Source: Somniosus microcephalus (Eukaryota). Taken from it: 64,000 bases of DNA. Numbering within the stretch: the stretch's first letter is position 1; every line of letters starts with the position of its first letter. Location: contig CM126212.1 of NCBI GenBank assembly GCA_052327205.1, positions 221,216,001 to 221,280,000 of the forward strand, written 5' to 3'. The notes below the pieces were generated by a model. The model did no database searches. It was not told where the DNA came from and saw only the letters and a program-made list of their open reading frames with translations. This document shows, in pieces, positions 26,350 to 36,232 of this stretch. The translations under genes and the position numbers were made by a program.

Positions 26350-27886
26350 CATTGAGGGATTGGTCCTCTGATCACGACTTGACCTGCCATCTACGACATC
26401 AGTGCGGGTGCCACTTATACTGTCTCACCTTGGTCCTCAGGACTAGGATGAGTACCACCAGCAGCAGCAGCAACTACACCAGCCTGCTCCTCAATGACCT
26501 GATGCTCCACAGCAGAGAGGGGATCAGCGCAGGGCTGCACCATGCCGGAGGCGATATCTCCAACACAGGGTTTACAGGCGGAGGATGAGCTTCCTCAACA
26601 TGACTGAGCAGCAGTGCCAAAAGAGGCTCAGTCTATCATGCCAGGTCATCGCAGACATCACAAGACCTGCTGCCCAGAGGTCCTGGTGGACACTCCTTAC
26701 CAGTGGCTGTCAAAGTCACCACCGCCCTCAACTTCTTTGCCTCAGGCTCCTTCCAGGGATCTGCAGCAGACATTTGCGGCATCTCGCAGTCGGCCGCCCA
26801 CAGATGCATCACACAGGTCACTGATGCCATGTTTAACAAGGCAGTCAATTATGTGAACTTTGCCACAGGTGAAGCCAATGTTACTGAGCGGGCGCTCGGC
26901 TTTGCAGCTCTGGCTGGCTTCCCACGGGTGCAGGGCATCATCGACTGCACACATGTGGCCATCAGGGCACCCCCACATCACCCAGGAGTGTTTATGAACC
27001 GCAAGGGCTTCCACTCCTTCAATGTGCAGCTGGCCTGCAACCATAGGAAGATCATTAAGCATGTGTGAGCCAAATTCCCCGGCAGCTGTCATGACTCTTG
27101 CATCCTGCGCCAGTCCACCCTCCCTCAGCTCCTCGCATCTCCAAACACACTTACGGGCTGGCTGCTTGGAGACAAGGGCTATTCACTAAAGACATGGCTC
27201 ATGACACCCTTGAGGAGGCCAAGCAAAGAGGCCGAGGAGCATCACAATGAAAGCCACATGTCTACCAGATGTTTCAAAGAGCAAACAATAGGCACAGAAT
27301 CACAGAAACCCCACAGTGCAGATAGAGGCCATTTCGGCCCATCGAGCCTGCACCGACACATATCCCACCCGATCCCCGTAACCCCTACACCAACACATAT
27401 CCCACCCTATCCCCGTAACCCCACGTATTTAATCCCCCTAACACTAAGGGTCCATTTATCATAGCCAATCAACCTAACCCGCACATCTTTGGACTGTGGG
27501 AGGAAACCGGAGCACCCGGAGGAAACCCACGCAAACACGGGGAGAATGTGCAAACTCCACACAGACAGTCACCTGAGGCCAGATTTGAACCTGGGTCCCT
27601 GGCGCTGTGAGGCAACAGTGCTAACCACTATGCCACCGTGCACGCTCAAGGGTCTCCAGAATCATCGTTGTTTGCTACGCGCTGCACAACATAGCGCAGC
27701 AGCTAGGATTGGAGCTGCATGAGGAGCAAGGCGCAGAGCGCACAGCCTCTTCAGAGCAGGAGGAGAAAGAGCAACAGCTGGAAGATGAGGAGGAGGAGGA
27801 ACCTGAGGTGTAGGTGGCACCAGCAGCGGCGCACATTGCTGCCCGGGAGGCCAGGGATGGCCTCATGATGGCCAGATTTACTTAAC
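26350..27886 (+). pseudogene. Harbinger DDE transposase (HARBI1-like), disrupted; 5' boundary approximate
   Basis: Peptides [51 protein letters not shown] and ALHNIA, with stops, frameshifts and a SINE insertion. Confidence 0.93.
27293..27641 (-). mobile_element. HE1-like tRNA-derived V-SINE
   Basis: Reverse complement of 44253-44609, with A box, B box and V domain. Confidence 0.93.
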
Positions 27887-28187
27887 TTGCACCAATCCAC
27901 CCATACGGCTGCCACATGCTGTGCTAAGTCCACCCCCGACAACAACACCATAAAGCATCCCTACAATAACCAACCCATTCCTTTCACCCAAAGCCCCATT
28001 GCTCGAGGTCACATAATGTCTCACCATTCACTCCAAGTCACAAAGCCACTTCCTAGGTAGCAGGCAAAAATGGGCAGGATCGGTAAAATAGTGAAAATAA
28101 TGACATTTATATATGTGTCATAACAATAACGGAACCTTAACAAGAACATAGCTTTATACACCCATGTGCACACCCTTGCGCGTGCAT

Positions 28188-29900
28188 CTAGGATTGTGTC
28201 ATTTTTTGTTTCTGAGTGCTTCTACGAGGTGCAACCCCTGTGCCTTCAGCAGAGGTAGAGGCAGGTTGCTCACTTCCCTGCTGCGACTGCGTAGACACTG
28301 TTGGCGGACGTCCTCTGGGTTTTGGAGCCTGTGATGGCCCCGCCGAAGACTGCTCCTCCTGCCACTGTGCAGAGGCAGACTCGGCCATCGGGATCCGAGA
28401 AAGCATGACTGAAGGGGAGGCAACGGGGAGAAGTGGGAGTGGGAGGGGCCCCCACTTCCATGTCCCCTCTCACCATCATCCCTCTCATGGGACACCTGCA
28501 CTTCCCTGCTAACAAGGAGCTGGAGAGCACCTTGCTGCACAGTAGAGGGGCCATGAGGGCCTAATCCTACATTTAGATCCCTACCTATAGAAGAGGTCAA
28601 TGAGCCTCCGCCATCTGTTCTCCATAGCTAGCACGTGCTCATGTGAGTGGTGCATTAGCTGCTCCATGCAGGTGGCCATCCTTTCCATGGAACAGCACAT
28701 CATCACCATCGCCTGTGACCTGGTGGTACACATGTTGGAGATGGACTCCTCCATTCTCTGCACATTTGCGGACATTACAGCTGCCAGAGCCTCCTGCATT
28801 TCTTGCTGCCCCTCCAGGATCACCCCCTTTCTCGATGGCCCCCGAGGCTCAGCGTCTGCATGCAGTTGAGCAGAGCTTGGAGCGTCCCACGCCCTCCAGC
28901 AGGAGATCTCCACTGCTGTCCCTGGCTACACCGTCTACTCTTGCTCACTTGTGAAGTGTGAGACACCAGGTGACAACACTAATCTATCTCGCACAGGACC
29001 CACCGAGGTCTGTGTATCTGCGCTGGTGCTGGGTGCTCTTGGGTCTGTTGACAGTGCACCCTCAGAGGCTGGAGGTTCCTCTGAGGAGTCGTCTTTCTCC
29101 TCCAGCTGGACAGTGGGGGAAGGGGGGGTGGCTCTTGTTGGACCTGACAGCAGTCACCATTTGAGTGACTGCTGTATGCCATGTGGCTGTATGAGATGTA
29201 ATTCTGTCACCAGGTTGCTGAGAGGTCTCCATCTCCCACCGCCAGCAGCTCTGCAACTCTCGACACCTCCAGGGCCACCTCCTCGGCTGCAGTCAAATTA
29301 CTGAAGACTGGAAGGCCACCTCCAGTTCTCTGTCTCTCCCTGTTGTTGTGGGCTCTTTTCTCCTGCAAGGAGGGAAAGAAGAGAAGTTTGAGTGAGAGTG
29401 ATGGAATGAGTGTAAGGAATGTGTGGGTTACATCTATAGGGGTGACTATGAGGGAATGTGGTGCCAATGCCAGATGGCCTCCTTCTGTGGTGTTACTTGG
29501 TATGATCACATTAGGATGAGGTTGAGTGTGAGGGGTGGTTAGTCAGCTGGGGATGTGAGTATGTACATAGAGAGAGGGGGATGGGTGGACCTGGAAGGTA
29601 TTTTGCTGTGAGGAATGATGGGAAGGAGTAGGCTTGGGAAGGCAGAGTGACGGGGATGTGGTGACAGGCACAGCAGGATGAAGGTGAGGGTGGCTTGGCA
29701 CTCACCTTTCTTGACCTCATCAGATCACTGAATCTCTTCCTGCCCTGGATCCAGGTCCTCCTTACAACCTCCCTGCTGCTGACCTCCTCCGCTATTTCCA
29801 GCCAGGCCCTTTTGGTCTCTTGGGGAGGTCTCTTGCGCCCATCCGCTGGGAAGAGGACCTCCCTGCGTGCTTGTACTGCCTCCACCAGAATGTTCGCAAA
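28188..29900 (-). pseudogene. Harbinger Myb/SANT-like DNA-binding protein, spliced, decayed
   Basis: LVEAVQARREVLF...AWLEIAEEVS...RTWIQGRKRFSDL, donor GT at 29705, acceptor at ~29363, then EKRAHNNRERQRTGGG. Confidence 0.88.
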
Positions 29901-31477
29901 ATAAATCCAACCTTTACAATGATGCTTACACACTCCTTTACCAACCTTCAAATGACTTGTGTGCAAAGTTGCTTTAAACATGGGTGCTGGAAATGAGCCA
30001 TTGATGACACCATCAGACCCGCACCCTTTAATAGGGCCAGCAAACACGCACGGCTGACTTAATTGGGGCCATTCTGTTGAAGTCTCACTGAGGAGCGGGC
30101 TGATCAACACATCGCGTTCCCGACCCGCTATGCGGCCCGCATGCACCCGACCCGACTCTGAAGTGAAAACTCCGGCCACGGTGTTTCTCCTGGAAGCTCA
30201 TCCCAGCGAGATTTCACTGCTCATGGCAGATGTAATGACCCTTATTTTCCCAAAGAAGAACGTTCTTTCGAGCTGGCTGCCAATGAGGTTTGATACATAA
30301 CTATGTAGTGATTGCCAGTTCTGGGAAGTGCTTCTTAAAGCGTGCAGAATGTGTGAAGCATTTGGTTCTCTAGGATTTAATGCAATAGTATTCTAATTAG
30401 ATGAGTAATGACAGGCTGGAGTGCAAAGTAGGGTAGATCATTATTCTCATGAGTAATTAATTCTATAGCATAGAATGAACCATGCGGACGAATAATTAAC
30501 CCTTTCCATGAGCAGACCACAGGAAACAGAGTTTCATAAAATACATGATTTTGATTACAAATCCAGTAACATGAACAGAGCTCCTCAGAACTGAACTCAT
30601 CACTCTCTACTCAGCTGAACTGGAAATCTGTCCAATTCCTTTTTGAATATTTCAACGAGACCCATTGCAAAGCCGGGACCGATAATTGTTGGCTTCTTCA
30701 TCGCCAATGCAACACGTCTTGCTCTCAAGTATCAACTCCGTTTAATTTATAATTGTCCAGTTTAACATTACGCACAGGAGTCCAAGCTGAAACATGCACA
30801 AACCAAATAGTGCGAGATGTGACCCAGAGTGTACTGAACTCGTACAGGAGTGGACGCAAACCCAGCCATATGTTTTCAGCCACAAGTGAATGGTCAGCTT
30901 TAGTTTATCTAGGGTGACACTGAGAAAAATACCAGCCATACAGTAAGAAGCGTGAACAGATTGTGACTAGGATTGCCACCCATCCAGTTTTGGACCCTAC
31001 AGTCTTGTTTCGGATTTGGCTGCACAAACACCATCAGCTCCAAGTTCCCCTCCAAGTCACTCATCATCATAGCTTGGACATACATCACCGTTCCTTCATC
31101 GTCGCTGGGCCAAAATCCTGGAACTCCCTCCCTAACAGCACTGTGGGAGTACCTTCACCACACGGACTGCAGCGGTTCAAGAAGGCGGCTCACCACCACC
31201 TGCTCGAGGGCAATTAGGGATGGGCAATAAATGCTGGCCTTGTCAGCAATGCCCATACTACAACAATGACTTTAAAAAAAAATTTAAATGTAGACCAGGA
31301 AACCAAGAGTCCAGTTTTCAAATTGGAAGTTCTTTTGTTTCCACCCGCTTGTGTTTAATATTGTAGAGGCATTAATTATTAATGTGTCCATACATATTTT
31401 AGCAACAAGCAAACATTGTAGCCTAAGTTTCCCTCTCAATTTATGCTTGCTTCCAGGCGAATATACCTCGGTAGCTT

Positions 31478-32003
31478 GCCCCCCGCCCACCCCACCCCAC
31501 TCCACAAACCACCCTCACCCGTCCCCACCCCACCCCTCACATCGCCCTCGCCCCACCCCATCCCCACCCCACACATCACCCTCGCCCCACCCCGTCCCCA
31601 CCCCACCCCACACACCACCCCCGCCCACCCCACCCCACCCCACAAACCACCCTCACCCGTCCCCACCCCACCCCTCACACCACCCTCGCCCACCCCACAC
31701 ATCGCCCTCGCCCCACCCCATCCCCACCCCACACATCACCCTCGCCCACCCCATCCCCACCCCACACATCACCCTCGCCCCACCCCGTCCCCACCCCACC
31801 CCACACACCACCCCCGCCCACCCCACCCCACCCCACAAACCACCCTCACCCGTCCCCACCCCACCCCTCACACCACCCTCGCCCACCCCACACATCGCCC
31901 TCGCCCCACCCCATCCCCACCCCACACATCACCCTCGCCCACCCCATCCCCACCCCACACATCGCCCTCGCCCCACCCCATCCCCACCCCACACACCACC
32001 CTC
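31478..32003. repeat. C-rich compound tandem repeat with ~33-34-bp subunits and a higher-order period
   Basis: Repeated CCCCACCCCACACATCRCCCTCGCCCCACCCC blocks. Confidence 0.93.
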
Positions 32004-32711
32004 GTTGCTGTTGGAGGATTCAGGATCCAGACATCCAGAAGCCAGTTGCAACGCACTGTTGAAGAACAGCGACAAATAACCATGAAGAAGGAATTCTGAA
32101 ATCTCACTGTGCTAGACTTAAATCAGTTGGTCTGTGCTCGATTGGTGGATCGCCAATGACTTACTGCTGTGCCATGGGTGGTGTTGCATAGCAGAAGCTG
32201 GTTGTCAATCATGTCAGTAGCAGCACTCTTGTGCCATTAACTACCCTTGCACAAGTGGCAGTAGGTGCATCTGAAAGCAACGAGCCCATAGCAACTCCAG
32301 CAGAGGTCACCCCTGGCTGGTCAGCAGGCTTTGTCATACAGACAGGTAGTCCGGCCCTCTATCCCATCTGCACTACTTCTTGCAGTCTGTCATTCTTTTA
32401 CTGTACAGAAAAAAGTGTCAGTTGTCCTAATAGAACATGTGCCGTTATCTACAAAATTAGATGAAGCGTATGATTATTCATGGACTGTAATTTTGTTCAG
32501 CAGAAAGTAATAGAGCCCAATTGCAGAGTCCACAGGAAGAACAGAGCAATGAGATGTATGTATTATCTTCCTCCCTGGCTGCAGTGACTGATTTCTTGCT
32601 TGTTTCTCCTGTACAACATGGTCCTCCTAGTCTTCCATACCTTGAAATTCACCTCAACCTAATCCATGGCCGAGCCCTCTCCGTGCCAATGTTATGGATA
32701 ATATAGGATGC

Positions 32712-33086
32712 TGTGGCGGAGCCACCAAAGAAGTCAGAGCGGTTGTACATAATTCCTTTAACAGCAATGTAGTTACTGTCTGTGCCTGTACCTTTAATTA
32801 CACTGTTTGACTGTACAATGTCTAGTTACCTTTACAGCGCGGTTTCAACGTGATGACGTCATGCCGTTAGTCACGTGATGCCCCAATGGCGGGAAGAACG
32901 TGATGATGTCATGACGTCAGTCTTCTGACCAGAGGATCAGTCCTCGTGGAGCCCTCAAGGAGAGTAGACCTGTTATTGATGTGTTCTAGCAGTTTCCAGT
33001 TTAAACTCGTTTAGTTTCATTAAAGTTCATTATTTTAATTGCCTGAGTCGAACTCAGTCTTTTTGATAGGAATCTCCGTTCCTACA
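32712..33086 (+). mobile_element. Solo LTR related to the CsRn1-clade LTR
   Basis: TGTGGCGG...CCTACA ends, 4-bp TSD ATGC. Shares TGTGGCGGA.CCAC, GTGATGACGTCATG, CTCGTGGAG and ATTAAAGT with the LTR at 44783. Confidence 0.9.
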
Positions 33087-34376
33087 ATGCTGTCATTTTG
33101 TGGACCTCTTTTAGACCATGCAGCCAAGCTTTCCTCACTTGAAATGTTGCTCTTGCACCTCAAATGTCTGCTTAACGTGGGCCGTAGTTCATGCCCAGTG
33201 CATCGTTGTAACTGTTCTGCGCTGAAGGATGGCAATTGCACGGAGGTGTCATCGGCCACAGTTGCACTGCGAAGTCCTTCTCTGAGGAGCCGGTTGTGCA
33301 GCTTTTCTTCTCCTCCAAAGAGTCTTGCCACAGTTGATTGCCTCAGAATGGCAGCAGCCCGCACACCCGAGAGAAGTCTGCACTGAAGTGCCGTGTTTTC
33401 TGGCAGTGGTCACGCTCCATTTGTACGTAAGATGGAATAATAACCCTTGCTATTTAGGTATACCTTAGGCCTGAAGGTGGCCACAAGAATAGTTACACGA
33501 GGTCAGTCACTGATGCCCATCTATCAGCACATTGGTACATTTGGATCACTATAATTTACAATGGCATGTGGCAAGGCTGGCAGGTGCCCAGACCTTTCTT
33601 CGTGGGGTCGATGAGAAGTTATGAAGCACTGATGAGGACAAAACCATTTGGTATTTACCATGCGGTAGGTCGACCAGTTTGCTTTGCTCATTATTGCCCC
33701 AGTTTTTGTAAGAAATGCCGTATTTTCATTCTTGTACCTTCCACAAACATTGACCTCGAGCATCCACAGGGCCAGAGGTGTAAGTTGGCTAGGAGAGCAG
33801 TGTAGCTGCAAGGAAATCGGGTGGGACTGGGACACAGCAGGACCCGGCCCAGGCTGCTACTTTCCAACAGAACCTCCGTCCATCCCAAACATGATGTAGG
33901 AAGGAGCAGCACCGGAGGAGGGGATTCCCACACCGGGAGTTTTCTCATCCACCAGCCCCTCGACTACCTAGTGAACTAGATCCCAGGGTGAACCCCGTGT
34001 ACGGGTCAATTGAGCAACAGGGGTAGGCACAACTTGGAGGTCCATGCCTAGGTCCAGGTCCATTGGAAAGCCATCAACTATCAGCCCCCTTATAAAGGAG
34101 GGAAGTTGGGCAGCAAAGAAGAACTTTGCATGGGTCACCCAAAGAGCGGCTTTTCCTGTCACTTCCCCACTCCACCACCCCACACCCCCACCGGAAGGCA
34201 CCTGAGCTGCACCTGTAGTGGTGTGGGTGCCATTGCTTTACTGCTAATTATCTGGCTCTGTCATGGCCCTGGATACTCTACTGGGGCCAGGAGTACAGGT
34301 CACCAGCACAAGCTCCACCACACTTCACTGGTGGAACGTGGCTGAGGATTTCCAGCCCTATTATCTAAGACTCATA

Positions 34377-35380
34377 GGGGGAGAAATTCACTATCGCCCC
34401 CCCCCCCTCACCCACCCCGTTTGGGGCGCTAATTTTTAAAAGTTGTAAAGTTCGCCCCAGGTGCTAACAATTTCAAACTTTTGAAAAATTCATCGTTTGC
34501 GCTCCAAGAAGGAAGTGGAACGCTAAATCAAATGCTCCACTTCCTTCTTGGAGCGTGTGATGTAAGAAAAAGGAGACTTACCATCAAGTAACTTTAAAGT
34601 AAGCTTTAAGTAACTTATAAACACACTATATACAAGAGAGGTCTTTACCATGCCTCTGGTAGAAGCCTCTTACAATACTGAACAGACCAGTATTTATACC
34701 AGTCCAACAGGAAGTGACATTTACAGGAAGTGAGGTATGTACACAGTTCATAGTTCATAGTTCATAGTTCACAGGAAGTGATGACATAACTTCCCGGAAG
34801 TTAGCATTTTTATCACAGCGTGTTCGGCAGCAGGCGGGACAGAGACTTCAGCAACGCTGCCGCGTTCAAAGGCTCTTTCCCTCCCTTAAAGAGAAGGGCC
34901 ATCGCTGCAGGCTCTGCAATAGAAAAATACCTACCTAGACCATCAAGGCAGCCGCGATTCCACGCGATCAGCCCGGCACTCAAGCAGAGCGCCGGGCTGA
35001 TCGAACGCGGGCAGGAACCCGCGAAAAAAAGCGGAACAAGTAGGTAAGTTTTTTTTGACTTAGCTCGGCCACCTCGCCTTTAATCATCGCCCCTGAAGCG
35101 GCCGGCCGCCCGATGCACGCCTCCTGCAGCTGTCGGTGTTTTCACCCTGCGCTGCTGCAGGGGGCGGAAGTCAATTTTGGGTCCGGGGCGCTACCGGAGC
35201 GATGTGCATGACGATGACATCATGATCTCCAGGCGAAGGAGATCGGGGCGCAATGCCGTAGCGCCGCCGCAAAACTCCCGCCGAATATGGCGGGAGTCGA
35301 TGTCAGCACCGCGCCCGGTCGCAAAGCCATTTGCGCCCCGTTAGCGCCCCCTGGAGTAAAGGCACCCAATTTCACTCCCC
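34377..35380. mobile_element. Harbinger-type MITE containing a solo LTR
   Basis: GGGGGAGAAATT / AATTTCACTCCCC ends and GCGCTAA subterminal motifs. Confidence 0.85.
34558..34817 (-). mobile_element. Solo LTR (260 bp) rich in ETS/GAS-like motifs
   Basis: Minus strand TGTGAT...TTACATCA, 5-bp TSD GCGTG (34553-57/34818-22), TATAAATA on the minus strand. Confidence 0.88.
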
Positions 35381-36232
35381 TAAAATCAATTAACAAAATC
35401 TCCCTCAAAAGGTACAAAGGATAGGAAAATTACATTTTTTTTTATTAGACGATGCTTTTATTGGATTTTTGCCAAGAAAATTACTTTGGATTGAGCTAAA
35501 AGACTGCTTGATATATGAAGTTATAATTAATATAAAGTAAATGTAAAAAAAAATTTAAACTGACATCTGTTATGTGCAACCCTGCAGCTGCCTACCCTGA
35601 GGCTTTTGCAGTACTGTTGTTCAAATTCCCTACGCGCCTTAAATAAAGCCTTGCGCGGAGACCACATAGGGACAATAACACAATGTATAACCAATGCTGT
35701 TATATGTACCTAAACACAATTCACTATGTATAGCAATGTTGTGATATGTACATGTTGGGTTGGGTTATCGGTGCAGGGTCCCTTTAAGAGCGTCGGTAGC
35801 GTGATGACGTCATGATGTCGGTTGCGTGATGACGTCATAGCCCCTGCACGGGACTGAGCCCTTCAGACCTCGTGGAGAGTGATATAACTATCAATTCGTC
35901 CAATAAAAAGCGACGAGTTAGGAACGTAACTAAAGGTTTTTATTGACTAAATAACAGAGCCCACCCTCGTGGGTGATCGGGTCCAACAAGGAGGAATACC
36001 AGCCAGTCGACTACCTTTATACCTGGGCAGGTAGGTGGAGCCATGGGCGGAGTCGGAGGTGGTCAGCCCAGGTATAACAGCGCGACAAGAGGCGACCTCG
36101 TATAGTGATACAACAGTGAGAACAGTGATAACAATACAACAGTGATAACTATAGTGTAACGATAGTGAACGATAAAAGTGGTTTACCACATTCACCCCTT
36201 GTTTAGATTTGAGTCCGGCGGGGTGAAGTGTA

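Larger units (their letters stand above)
25865..30177. mobile_element. Full-length but decayed autonomous PIF/Harbinger DNA transposon
   Basis: TIR GGCCGGAATTTTC / GAAAACTCCGGCC, 3-bp flanks ATG/ACG, convergent transposase and Myb/SANT genes. Confidence 0.93.

Noticed and set aside
26703-27068. Host HARBI1 gene
   Set aside because: It lies between TIRs with a Myb partner and has stops and a SINE insertion, so it is a transposon copy rather than the domesticated gene.
31351-32099. Pro/His-rich extensin-like ORFs of 218-242 aa
   Set aside because: Translations of a C-rich tandem repeat; no evidence of coding function.
32004-33400. Possible host exons in moderately GC-rich unique sequence
   Set aside because: No recognisable protein similarity or convincing splice-bounded ORF; left unannotated.
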